The notes under the pieces are model-generated. The model was not told where the DNA came from. It did not search any database and saw nothing but the letters and a program-made list of their open reading frames with translations. From Catajapyx aquilonaris (lineage: Eukaryota), in contig KZ538285.1 in assembly GCA_000934665.2 (NCBI GenBank), forward strand, positions 1-64,000: a DNA stretch of 64,000 nucleotides, written 5' to 3'. This document shows, in pieces, positions 11,853-25,334 of the stretch; the first letter of the stretch is position 1; every line of letters starts with the position of its first letter. The position numbers were made by a program, and so were the translations under genes.

Positions 11853-14800
11853 TGAATTGGATTTTCCTGTGGGTGCCAAGATAACCAGAATAGGATATAC
11901 CAAGTGTAGCCTTCCTAACACATCCAGGAACAGAAAGACAAAAGCAACTACTGTATAGTTCCTCCAGTTCCATTTCTCCGACTGCCTGGTCAGCTTGCCT
12001 TCTTCCGCCGCGCGTCGTGTGACAGGGTCCTAACCCTCTCCGGAGCCATGGGTTTGCTTTCCTCCCGAAGGGACAAGCCAAATATTCCTCCGGCACTTAC
12101 CACGGGTATAAGTGGCTCCATTCGTCCTGCTTCCGGGCTCATCACAAATTCCGGAGAGAAGTTGGCACGCTCTTAGAGGGCCGCGATTCAGGTCCAAAGT
12201 GCTCTCCAAATGTTTCCACAACTTTCATGAGCTTAAAATGTGGAGCGCAAGGCCCGATTCGCACTATTTAACATGCCATGTGTCCCCGCCCATATTGTAG
12301 GCTCAATTCAAGCCGAGTACGCTCTATTTTTCGTGCAGTTATTGACCACAAATTACGCGTCTCTGTATAAAAGCAGGGGCACGTGAAGTTTAAATTGCAA
12401 TCACGGGTTATAAAGTTGTTTGCCCGCTTGCCAAACAATTTAGCCAAAATTCGGTTTTAATGCTGCTCCCAGGAAAGCGCGCACATTCCCGCCATCAAAC
12501 CATGTTCTCAACTGGGGATACAAGGCAGCAAGTTTCAAGATTTAAGAGGTAGACTAATTAAGCACCGGCTGAAGATGCCTGTAACTTTTGAGCCGCCAAG
12601 ACAACGGCAATACCGATAAAAAGCCCTAGCTATAAATAAAGGGCCCTCACCCGAAATCGAGCAATTAGTAGGAAGAGGCGCTGCCAGGTACACCTGATTT
12701 ATCCCTGCCATAAATTTGCGACACTTTGCCAAAATGTCTCTTCCCCAAACTCTCGGTGGACTACCCTTTTTTTTCTCTCCACTCTTTTTGTGCTCTAACC
12801 ATCTTCAAGAGGCGATCCTGCGGCCAGCACTCTCACAAGTTTCCACTAAGGTGAAGCTCCACAATAAATACTTACTCGTTTATCACAAGAGGAGCAGGGC
12901 GTGTCTAGTCATTCAGGCAACCGCAGGCTCGACCGTTGCAACTTGCAAGCAATTTCCCGCGTAATATCTTGGGGGTTTCCCTGCCTGAGGTTTTGCACCC
13001 CCCGTAGCAGCCCCCTCCTCTTTGGGCCCTCGTGCCAGTAATTAGTATGCATGATTCGCCTAGGGGAGTGGAGGTGGAGGGGATTCTCTAGGATTCTGCA
13101 AGTCAAGGATGACTCTTTTCGGAGCGGGCAACGCCTATCCTGTGGGATCATCGCTGCTCATTCTTGTTAGATTGGTTTATTTAACGGAATTAGCGATCGC
13201 ACGCATCTGATTTACAGAGCAGCTTCTAACCCCATCGTTTACGGATTTGGTATCGAAAATTAGGAGGAAACAACGGAACTGTCTCTGGAGGTTGTCAGTG
13301 TGAAAGAGCAAGTCATCCTGCATTTCCCTCTGGGTAGATGAATGTTTTATTACGACATTTACATTGCACAACAGGTGTTAAAAATGGCTTCCTCGGTTGT
13401 GTACAACTCAGGAACTGGACACACTTTGGACAAAAATAATAGGCCGTGTATCAACACATTAGAGTACAAAATTTAAAGCCCATTAAAATAATCTGTTCTC
13501 TACTTTATACTCTGCCACCTTGTTTGCTTCTAGCTGTCTAGATGTATGTAAAATTAAACAAAACTTAGTGCCGTTGCAGCTGGCTGGTGAATAAAAAAAA
13601 AGGGTGGGGGATTCATAAATCATACAGTCGAGATCTTGCACGCGTACGCACAATTCCCAGATGATTCAGAGGAATTATCGTCGGTCCCACTCTCTGGAGG
13701 ATTGGGTGCCACATGTGTTCTTAATGAGGATTGAACCGGGATCGCTTCCTCATTAATTAACTGCCATCTCTTCATCCGAGCATTCTGCCGCCATTTTCTA
13801 CTGCAAGGCTCTATAAATCTTTGATAAATTACACCGTGTTTAATTAGGGCAAAAATTGATAAAAGCTGGCAATAAAATCCCCCGGACACCTAATCACGAG
13901 CAACAAACATCAGTCATCGCAGCGCCGATTTATTCAATCTCGTTGGAAGGGAGCCGATTCATCCATAACTGCTTCGCGCCGCTAATTTAATTTATGATTT
14001 GTCGATTTCTTCACGGATTAGGACCCTTCCACCCCCCATTTTATCTCGGACAGCCCAGTAGGATGACGTCATTGGAGGGGGGGTTAAATCTGATGATAAA
14101 AGGGACAAAAAGAGGGTAGGGACAGGCGGGACGTTTGTTGGTTACTCCACTTTGACCGGATTTTGAGTCCGGATTTGGCCGAGGAAGGCTGAGTCCTTCG
14201 ACTGGGAAGTAGCCCATAAATTATTCTCTCTGTCAACATTGGTCAGATTAGGGGACATAATTTTATTGTCCACTACCCATTAATGAAGATTTAACGCACT
14301 TGTTCCCGGTTCCTAAAGAGTTTTTCGGCGACACAGAGCGAAATTATTGCCCTCTGAGTGCGCCCATTTTCTGGACCATCGCCTTTTTTTCTGAACTCAA
14401 GAGGACTGACATCACGTTCACGGACTCAAAATTGGCCTTTGTTCCGTCTTTCTCACAGGCCACATTCGCAGTGGGGTAGGTCACCTCAATGTGGAGAATC
14501 AGGCCCATACATCTGTCAGTTCAGTTCATTTTCATAGAATGGTAGATTGGGACAGAATGGTCTTTTAAGGCCTTTTTTTCTCCATTTTTAATCCGGACAC
14601 GTCATACCATTGAGAATGAGCTGGCCACATACCCTAATTTCCACATGTCATGCTTAAATAGCGTGGGTGGGAGTGGTAGGTGGTATCAGTTACCCCTATG
14701 ACTATAGACTGGAGGACTATATCATGCCAATTTCTTTTCCAATTTTTGCTACGGTACACATCCGTCATTTTCGTGAGTTCAACATTTCACCCTGGCTTTA

Positions 14801-17800
14801 ACAAGAAGTCCCACTGGTAAAATGTACCTCAATGAAGGAGAGTTTCTTTTTTAAGAGTTTAAGAGCTTTGGGGAGGAAGAAGCTAACGAGAGGTCCTATC
14901 CAAGACAACAAAACTGCCTCCCAGGGAGTAGGAGGGGGAAAAAATCTAGAAGCCTCAATTTCGAACCGTGACAGAAAGCATCTTTTGAACTCCGGAGAGG
15001 CAGAAGTAATGCCTTCGTCCCGGCGTATAAAATCCACTTGTGCCATGGGATCACTACTGGTTGTCCTTTCCTCCCCAACGCCAAAAGTCCTCTCCAATGC
15101 TCTCCAGAGACTATTATATCCCCGGTGCACGCAGCCTTCCCACTCTGTTTTTATCTGGACAACGTTTGTTTGGCCTCATGGCCCCTTCCCTCTTCAGAGG
15201 AGAGGATAGGAAGAGGTCTGTTCAGATTCAGCCAAGAAGAAAGTTTTGTGGTTGGAGAGCAGCCTCTGAACCTGCGGAACAGCATCTGTCCAGCATATAG
15301 CTTATTCCATTGCTGTTATGATGACCAAAACAGAAAATAAGGTTGGATTTTGCTGATTTGTGGTCGTGATTGTTATTTACAAATGGCTTCTTACCTTTAG
15401 ACTGGTTTCTGAAGTAAACAACCCGTATTTTTTTTACCCTGCCACATTCTTAAACTCGGGAATTTCTGGGCATTTTACAATCATGCATACGGTATATAGG
15501 AAAACAATTACAAATAAAATGATCACGGGATAACAACAATGTGTTACTATTTACATATTTAGCTATAACATTGGTGTAATATCCTCTACGAGACATAGGT
15601 ACTGCTCAAAACGGCAGATTTCCTGATGCTACTATGCTAAAGATGTCTTGAAATAATCAATCTAGGACCTACTGGCAGGTGATCGTGCGAGGGTCATCCT
15701 GCCACTGACAGATCAATGAAAACTAGGACACAGAGATGTTATATGGGAGTCAAAGTACTGCGAAATTGCAATTTCTTCATATTTCAAATAGCCACTAGAA
15801 GGCGCCAGGAAACTGAAAAATTATGGAATCGGTATGATTCCCAATTTTCGAATTATATATTCTACACTAAAACTGATATTTGATAAATTTATGAATTGTC
15901 ACATTGTAATACCCCATTTTGAAGGGTTGACACATGATGCAGAAAAGTATTGGGCAATAACAAGGTCATTAAATATCATTTGTATTGAACAATGTGGGAT
16001 TCAAAAATACTTTATCGTATACCTCTGCCATTAATAAATAAATACAAATTAATTCAGGTTATTGAGGCCTTCTGTGATGGTCGTTTGAAATAATTGTAAA
16101 AATGTGTAAATTCGCAGCTCTTTGATCCCAAGATCTCAGCTCTGGATCACTGGTTTCTTGTAAGCACTGTCAAGCACCACTTGCACCAAATACCATAGTG
16201 GACCAAGCAAATTGGTAGCCTGTTCCTACATACTGCGTAGTCCACGAACCACTTGCTTATACCCTCTTCTGACGTTATATTATGTTCTATTAGTCTATTA
16301 GGTTACCTCAACACACTGCATTATAACAACAAACTTTTCGAGTTTTGCCATCGTGGTCTTTAACTAGATGCTACACTATAGACCTTATAGACCAGCCTTA
16401 ACCGTTCCGTTTATTACTGGAAATGAAAGCAGCACATTTTGCAATCACGAACACATTACCGTATGCTAAAATGGTTCCCGGCGTAAAAATAGCCGCCTGG
16501 TCCGAAACCCCACGCACTTACATAGTACATCCCCACTAGGTTATTACACGAGGGGAAACATATAGTCATACCCAGGAAATAACGCAGGGTGTGGACATAA
16601 CACGATCGTAACATCTGGATTTAATTCGCATGGTGCAAAAATTATGAACGTTTAAAAACGGGGGGAGGTGAGAGTGCATGCTGCTATACATACCCTCTAA
16701 AATGGCTGCTTCAACTACGGTACCGCATATCGTAAAATAACTTTGCTATCACATATTTCTCTACCATTTGCCCATTAAGCGAAAGTGTAGCGGCCTTTAA
16801 TTATTTTTTTTTTCTAGGGGAGCAATTAACTTCTGCGACAAGTGTCATGCAATGAAGACAGGGAAACACTATCTAGATGCGGGATGGACCTGTGAAACAG
16901 CACGCACGCAGGTCACAAAGAGCTGTTTAAACGCCCGTCAGGTACGAGGCCGAAGTGAAAAGGGTATGCATGATAGGCACTAATGCCAGCCACGTTTCCG
17001 CCTATTTTTGATGAATGGGAAATAGAAGTTTATCAGTGGCAGTTGCAGATGCTTCGTTGACACTAACGGCCGCTTTTCGCTTCTGTTGTTTATAGGTTTA
17101 TCGGGCTTTATGCTGAGAGTACTGGGATGCATGAAGCTTGCCAGCAGGATATATAAGTTTCTAAAATGGTTTATGTGGTAATAAGAGTGGGCCTTCTAAT
17201 GATTTCCCGGGCTATTTCGAACTATTCTGACTACCTGGAATATTAAATTGACAAGCTTGAAAATGTCAAGGTCGAAAATCTCAGATGATATTTTTATACC
17301 TGGAGCTAAGGTCACAAAATGTCACAGCCATATTGCTGTCATGCCTTTGGCTCATAATAGTCATGCGCAAACCATTGTGGAAATGCCGTAGGAGGTATTT
17401 GTTACCCCTCGACTTCTATTTACCTGGGCTGGATTCATAAGAGAAAGTCGAAAGTTGTATGGGCTTGAGGATTGTAAACAAAATATTGCTTCATGGTTAC
17501 GCCCACAAGATTGGGAAAGAAATATTGGAGGAAGTCACATTCATCAAAATTTTGTTCGCATAAGGTGGTGAGTATACCGCAGGTATACCGTAGTAGGCGT
17601 ATATACTTCAAGTCTGCTTCAAAGTCACTGTTTTTTTTGTAATCTTGAACTTCTTTCGATGCACTTATACTGTAGAGACAGAAGGAGTCTCCAGCGGCAG
17701 TCGTGACCGGAGAGAACGTCAAGATGACCTATTTGGGCGAGGTCGTTCCAAATTTAACCGAATTAATGTACAAATTATTTCAGCAGTGGACCGGAAGGCC

Positions 17801-20615
17801 TGATCTACGCTGGTGTGGCGATATGAAATTAATAATTCAAAAAACTCTGTCTGCATTAATCGATATGCAGCAATAAATCGATATATTGCTTTTGGTTACA
17901 GGTCCTGTCACTCATCGATGGTCCATGACATACTTTAACCATCCCGTACGTAAAATTATGAGTGTCGTGGCCGATACAGCCGTATCAATATTTTGTAATC
18001 GATAAATTTGTGGCGCTTATTTAACAATGTGCAGGGGACATATTATCGATTTTTCCCCCTGGACACATGCAAAGTACGTGGTGCTGACTGACCACAGCTT
18101 CCGGCAGAAAGAACGACATGGGATTTCGGAGGTGAGGAAGGGTCATCGTCACAGCTAAAAGGTCACAGGTACACCGATTGACCTTACCAGCCGTGAAATC
18201 CTGCCAATAAGACACCCGCCATATTTCAGCAAAAGAAATCTGAAAAAAAAAACATCTGGAGAAGCCATCGCATCACACGATTTGCTGCTGGCAGGAGTCA
18301 CTTCCTCTCATTGGTTGCAGCCCAACAAGCAAAATGCCAACGGCTTCTACAGTTCCGAATTTAGACCACATTTGGGGCATCGGTCAATTTCAAGCTATAT
18401 CCACAGTTCTGAGTAAATATGCCCCTTCTCTTGCAGCTTTTTCCTGGAGGGGCCAGCCGGTGTGTGCAACTTATTTTGACACTTCTGGCGTCGCCCCCCA
18501 GGCAACATGATTCATTTTGTCCCGATGTGAGCAGCCTCCGGGTCTCCTCTAGCGCGCCTATACAAGACTGGTTCTTTGTCTCCTCTGCGGGGGCGAGTTG
18601 GTGTTGCATGAAACAGGATTCGAGTCGGCTTCCTCGTCGGGGGCCTGGCAATTAATTTTTCACTTCATGGGCATTGCTGAGTTGTCGACTGCTGCAGCAG
18701 CCTCTTTGCTCATGCAAGCAGAGAAAAGTAGGGGGTCACCAAACCGACCCCCTTATTCCCCCCCCCTCAGCTTCTAGTGACTCAGACGTCATGCCAGGGA
18801 TGTGCATTTTTATGATGAATCCTGGACTGATTCGATTCTGGAGTACTTGCTGGCGGTCCAGCGGAGAGGACAATACCACATTCATTAGTAACGAGCATTC
18901 TGACAGTTTAATAAAGCGATATGTAGAATAATAAAGTGTGCTAATTGCGCCCCTACGACATGTTTTTCCCATCCCTGACGCCACTTCCATGAGGCCAAGG
19001 GGTGAAATTGGAGCTTTGAAATGGAAATTGATTGGTCTGTCTCGTAGCCTTCCGCCATTTCGCCATTGTCACTTGCAGCCCTGCCGTTGCTTTCAGCTAC
19101 ATTACATCCAGGGATTATGCCAGAGAAAAGGGGTGGGGGTGGGGATGGGGGATGGAGAAAGAAGGGCATGACTCGTCATTTACTGCTCACCAAAAAATGC
19201 CTAAAAAATGCGACCCAACTTTTTATGCACCGCCCTGCGCTTTTTTTAATCACTCTGGAACAATAAGGCCAATTAATCAAACACTCTAATTAAGCAAACT
19301 TCTTCGACCACAATTATAAGTTGGGATAATCTTTGCTCTATCCCCAATGGTACACCCCAAAAACCGCAAGGCTGGAGATGAGCCCAAATATCTAATTAAC
19401 AGAGCTGCCAGCTTTCCCCCTCATCCTAGCCAGTTCCCTCCCAAGTCCATCCATCTCTTATTGGTCTGGATCCTCACGAGGAAACACACTTCTTAATATC
19501 CGACAGGTGAGAGTTGAAGGCGAATGATAGGCTTACCCTTAATGCACTTCTCCGAATCTCTATATGTCTTCTCCTTTGCTTCCCTAGTTTCTAACTCGAC
19601 TCTCTCTCTCTCTCTTTCCACCAGAATAATATCAATGCATCATCTCCTGGGAGATCTTGAGGGCTACGCCAATCTAATCTCTTCGCTTGTGGAGATGGCC
19701 TTTCGTGGGGATTTACCCGGCTAAGGAGTCGGGAAATTGGGAAGCCTGGCTTGAAAGCCCTTGGTCCTAGTCAGCGGGAAAAGGGAAGGAATTGAGGATC
19801 CTAGGCTGCAAGTTAGTGGGGATGGAGAGAGGGTGACTTGCTGGTCCTTTTTTTCTTGCTATTCAATATCGCTGCTCTTTTTTTCGACCAAAATGTGCCA
19901 ATTTTTAGCTGGAAGTCAAGTGTCTTGGTTGCTCGACCTTTTTTATTCTGGTGCTGGTATCAATACTGAGGTTGCTATGGAAACCTCAAAATGTCCGTAA
20001 TTTCCTAAGGAAACAGGAGCTTAACCTACTTGGTTACAATATTATAAGCTGGGCTAGCTCGTCAATATAGCGCGTGTATAGATCTTGCCGGATGTTTCGG
20101 GCAAATGACGCAAAAGTCAGGATGTCGCGTATTTGGAGGTCCGGAGACCTGCTGTTTACTGCTTCTGCCAGGAGACATTTCTGCTTTTACGATGATTACA
20201 CTTCTCTCGCGCACACAGCACTTTCAGCCTCAATGAGGGCTTCCTGCACATTGTACGCATAAACCTTCTAAATGGAGGCTTACTCTCACATAGGTGAAGT
20301 TGGCATCTTGATCTCGGCCTATGTTCTAAAAATCTGTTTCCCATTTGTCCGCTGCCCTATGGTCCATCCCTTACGAAATGATAGTGAGGAGCACAATGCA
20401 TGGGAGCCTATAGGGCCCAAATGTAATGGCAATAATAATGTAGGTTTGTATAATCAGAATTCTTGTGGTGCAATTGTAGCCCTGTTGTTTAGGGTCACAA
20501 TTTATTTAGTTATTTACGAAACCTTAATTAAATATATGAGCTACTCATTGGACAGTATAGGGTTCTGATGTCACCTATAGCTTTAATCTACTCCGATTAC
20601 GGTTAACAACTAATT

Positions 20616-20881
20616 GAGGCGCTCAGAGGAAAAACGGCATATCCCAACCTGAGTTCATCAGTTTTGAGAGAAACGGCTGGAAACGGCTTTTTGTGTTGCA
20701 AGAGAATAGGATTTTCCATTGCGGACCAATATATTTTACTAGTGGAATATGTGAGCTTTGGCATATCCTAATTCATTTGGGACTTCAGAACATGAAAGTT
20801 AGATGGAAGGAGAGTACAAAAGCACTACAATCTCAAAATCGGAGGTCAGTTGGGATATGCCGTTTTTCCTCTGAGCGGCTC
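20616..20881. mobile_element. MITE with GAG termini and 4-bp AATT TSD (Sola-like)
   Basis: 33-bp TIR GAG(G/C)CGCTCAGAGGAAAAACGGCATATCCCAAC with one mismatch. AATT at 20612-20615 and 20882-20885. GAG...CTC ends with a 4-bp TSD fit the Sola superfamily. Confidence 0.8.
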
Positions 20882-21559
20882 AATTCCAAAATGGCAAAAA
20901 ACTAAATGCAGTGTACGAGTTATACTCAACAGCATGTATGTAGCATTATAGGACACCATGACCCTCTATAATGATCTGTCTCATATCCGCGGGAAGTGAC
21001 ATGTCCGTCTGAATGGTCTGATGGCAAGCTTATTTGCGACCGGGAACCTTTTATGAACTCGGGGGTTGTCGCGGATGTTCTCTTACTCTTATAATTGACT
21101 TTTAAGCTTCCTGTCAGACCTTTTCTAGATGTAAAAAAATGTAATCAGATTGCTGTAGGCTATGTCTGGCGTATTTTTTGGTTGCGTGATCGGTAGCTCT
21201 CTGCCCCGAATAAACCCGTATAGGTCTACTTTTGTTTCCCTCACAAGCACGGCCCTGTGTTTCATCAGAATTACTGCTGTTGACTTGCTCCAGGGTTAGT
21301 GTTTGTGTCTGCAAAATAAGAGTACTTGAATGTGAAAGGGTTTACTCCATGGAGACACACAAACTGTAACGAAGGTAGTAATCAGCTAGGAATGTGACTC
21401 AGCTAATGACTACGTATATTTTATTGATGAAGATAATATGAAAAATATTTTCAGCTTCTGCCATTTGAAATATTCCCTTAACATGGAAACTGGTACTGAT
21501 GTACCCAATTTTGAGAGTCCAATTTGTATCGGAAGGGCCATTCTGGAGAAGATACACTA

Positions 21560-21849
21560 CTCTCTAAAAAAAATAGAGTTAAAAAAACTCAAGTTGGGTT
21601 CTTTTTAACTCTTTTAACCTTGAAAGTGGTCATTACCAAAAATGAGTTATAATAACTCTTTCGCTGGAGTTAAAACAACTCTTTCAGTTCATTTCATCCT
21701 CCGAAAGAGTTATTCATTAACTCTTTCGGAGGATGAAATTAACTAAAAGAGTTGTTTGAACTCCAGCAAAGAGTTATTATAACTCATTTTTGGTAATGAC
21801 CACTTTCAAGGTTTAAAAGAGTTAATTTAACTCTTATTTTTTTAGAGAG
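21560..21849. mobile_element. Fully palindromic (foldback) MITE flanked by TA
   Basis: CTCTCTAAAAAAAATA...TATTTTTTTAGAGAG ends with near-perfect arms around a centre at ~21714 and many AACTCT/AGAGTT motifs. Architecture resembles non-autonomous CACTA/EnSpm elements; superfamily tentative. Confidence 0.85.
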
Positions 21850-24651
21850 TACACCATGTGATGGGAAGAATTAGAAGGCCATATCCCCTTGCAGGCGTAA
21901 AAAGCGAACCGGATACCTCTGATAAAGTTGACTACTAAAATAAGCATCTTTGTGCAAAAATTGCTAATTACTACGGAAATTTTAGTTGTAACATCCTGCA
22001 GGCCAATTATTTGGTCATCTGAGAAGGCACTGATACTTACAAGAAAATAACAATGGCCTCGCATTCCGCCCTTTGGCAACTGCTACCAGACGTCAATAAT
22101 TGCGGGAACGCTAGCAAAATTAGCAGGAAATGTCATCCTTGCTGTGCTTATAGCCCTCCAGTAATCTACGAGTGACATTAGGCCTACTGCAGGCTATAGC
22201 AGATCAAGAGCGTCAATTTGAGTCTTCAGGGAAGATTCCCATTCTGCATCGTACAATGCAGTCTACAAGAAATGAGTTCCGCTTCATCATCTAAAACCCT
22301 CCAGTCAAGTGTCATTCGATCCTTGTAAGCACCCAAATCAATATTTTGCAATTCCTGGGGGCCTAACAATACTCTGAGCCCAAACAGAGGCTGTCATTGT
22401 TCTCTTTCATAACAAACATCCCAAAGCTGATGGGGCACACAATACCTGGCTACAATCTAGAGTATAGGCAAAGCCTAGCTGGAGGGTATATTTTACTGTG
22501 TCTGGGTGAGGACAAAGAAATCCAGAGCTGAAGCCTCGGAAAAACCGCACCAACTTCTCCAGTTTCCCCAGCCTAGGGCTCCGTCCATCACCGGAATGTC
22601 CAAAACAATAAATTAGGCCCCGTCCACATGACAAATGCTACTCCCACAAGGGATAATTACTGTGGGTTATACCTTCTCTTTTGCTTCCAAAACGTTAATT
22701 CTTTGCACGTCAGGTTACCCAACTCTGTTGTTGGCCAAACGGAACTGCATAATGAACGCTCCATTTTATCTTTTGATGCACCGAACACAGCGTAATGAAC
22801 ATATCATTCCATGTTTTAGAGTGTAGAACACGGCATTATTATTCGAATCATGAAATCGGTATCGTAATTATTGGCAGTGTGCAGGTATTACAAGCGCAGT
22901 TACATTTATTATCGCTATCATTATATCCAGCCATAATTGGCCCCATAGTTGCCCAAATTGCATGAAAATGACCCGTGCAGCTGACCACCGAATGGAGCCC
23001 TGACCACTCGCCTTGTCCGTCGACATGTGACTTATCAATCTATACACACAACGCCGATTGCCTATATACTGTCAACCACCGATCCCCAAAACGTGTGCGA
23101 GCCCCCCCCAAACAAACGACCGTCACGAAAACAACACACAAACTTCCCCACAACAAAACGCACACAGAGAGAAATTCGAATTGAATGGCACCGAGCAGCA
23201 CTTTGATTACTCTTTTGGTGTGCCACTGCCCGATCCAATTACCTGAGTAAACCTTTTGTTGGTGCAATGAAAGGTGCCGAAAGCCCGCCCGTTCTGCTAT
23301 GTGATTCCCCCATGTCCCAGTTTTAGAGTGTCCGAGCTCGGTGCACACATACAAAAAAAAAGCCATGCTGACCATACTCAACCGCACCGGATATTGACCA
23401 TAAGGTGGACTACCTATTCGGGATGTCCCGGAAACAATGCCCGCCACCAAATCATATAGCAAACGAACATTTCCACAAACAAATCCAGTCTTTTTTTTTG
23501 TGCAAAAAATTACCTGTGCGTAAACTAGTTAAAGCACTGCTGAAAAGTGCAACTCAGCCAACCTTGTGCATGTCGCATTGGCCAAAAAGGGTTGGCTAAT
23601 TTCCAAGTCCCAATTTGCGAGACCCCGCCCGCCAGCAACCAGACTTGAATAATTCCTAATTTGCAACGGTAGGAGGTACGGTTAGTAAGGGGAAGAACTC
23701 CCCTTAAAGAAAAAAAAGCCAATAACCCAACATCACCTCCGCACATAATTCTCAAGTTGAGAAATCGACTTGGCGCATCTCATTAGAAATGCACAACACA
23801 TCCCTGCAGCCCACCCTAGTTGTGTTTCCCATAATTGAAGCCGAAAAAAAGCGGCTAAAAGGTTCCCGACGTTAACAAATCTCGGAGGGATGTCTTAATC
23901 AAGTCAAACCGCCTCCCTTCCTACGGCCTAACTGTAAATACGATACGGACTTTCGCATTTTCTTCCTTGGCTCATAGACTGGGCCTCCTTAGAGCCAAAT
24001 GAAATTATCATATGTGCCTTGAAAGCCAAAAGGATTTTGGATAGACTTCTTGAGGTGTACGATATGAAATGGGATAGAGGCATTTTCCTCTATGTACGTA
24101 CCGGATAGCCTTCTTTTGTTCGGGGGAGCACTAAATTGAATCCTTTCCATTCCGACCGATAGCCATCTACTTCCGTCTTCAAAGGAAAGGAAAATTGAAG
24201 CGTGGATTAAAATGGCGATTGAAGCCTTGCTCGGCGCTCTCCACTGAGTTGCCACGTCTTATTTGGCCCGAAACGCACTTATGCAAAATCTCAAACAGTT
24301 CAAACCCTTGTTCAAACCAGTATATTCTACAGTATACTGCTGCAGTATGCCGCACTGTATATTTCAGGCATATGGCTCAGTTTAACAGTGGTTTAATGGC
24401 GACAGGGCGTTGTGTACTGAATTGCTGTACACAATTATTAATGACATGTATGCTACTAATAGAATAGCGTCAATTTTTGACGTACCGGTACCTGAAGCAA
24501 AATTTAAAGAGACGGATTTGTATCCTATACACGTAAATAAATTACAAGAAAAAATTTCCTTTTGATTAAACTACTTTTTATATCCGTTGTGGAGTGTTAC
24601 ATCAAAAATTTAGTTCCGTCGCTCGTGTGTTCATTATTATAAAACATGCAC

Positions 24652-24994
24652 GGGAGGCGGAGTGGCGCTGCGGTAACGTACGCGCCCACGGATGTTAAGG
24701 TCCCGGGTTCGATCCCAACCCGGGGACACCCCCTTCATCTCGTGCAGAGTTCAAGGGTCACCTCTGGCTTCGTCTCGGGTGGTATATCCACAGACTAAAC
24801 CACCCGGGGGAGTTCACTAAAATGGCCGCATAAAGACATTGCACTGCACCTTGCACATCCCCACCTGTCATCCTGCCCGTGGGCCCGGGCGTTACGTATA
24901 AAGGCTCCGATGTACACGACAAAAATAAATAAAGGTCCGTGCTACATACCTCTGATGAGGTCAGCACTACCCCGGATTATTATTTAAATATAAA
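24652..24994 (+). mobile_element. tRNA-derived SINE family B, copy 1
   Basis: A box TGGCGCTGCGG, B box GGTTCGATCCC, ATT-rich tail. TSD AAAACATGCAC at 24641-24651 and 24995-25005. Homologous to 53868-54209. Confidence 0.92.
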
Positions 24995-25003
24995 AAAACA
25001 TGC

Positions 25004-25277
25004 ACCGAAGCAGTTTAGAGTAGGGGATATGGTGTCCGACTGCTAATCGGGAGGTCCTGGGATCAAATCCCGGGGCCGGCAACTCTGACCGTGGCTTTCT
25101 GTGGTTTCCCACGGTCCTTCCAGGAAAATTCCGGAGTTGTTTCCGTAATTAATAGGCCACAGCCGCTTCCTTCCGTCCCTGTCCTATCCCAAAAAGCGCA
25201 GTAAAATGAAAGGAAAGAGTTCCAGGCAAAACAAAACTTCCCCCCTAAAGAGCCGATAGGCTGATAACCGGGTATGA

Positions 25278-25330
<53 letters not shown>
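25004..25330 (+). mobile_element. tRNA-derived SINE family C, copy 1, with long (ATT)n tail
   Basis: B box GGATCAAATCCC, anticodon-like arm CCGA-CTGCTAA-TCGG (tRNA-Ser-like), (ATT)n at ~25278-25333. TSD TATAAAACATGC at 24638-24649 and 25331-25342. Homologous to 50086-50373. Confidence 0.92.

Positions 25331-25334
<4 letters not shown>

Noticed and set aside
17435..17722. THAP-like CEQNFDECDF in a minus-strand ORF (also MKLCCVIHC at ~4076)
   Set aside because: The conserved His, Trp and Pro and the remainder of the C2CH pattern are missing.
24952..24959. Hammerhead ribozyme core CTGATGAG in SINE B
   Set aside because: No properly placed GAAA or stems, the motif is absent from copy 2, and it is explained by the 3' hairpin.
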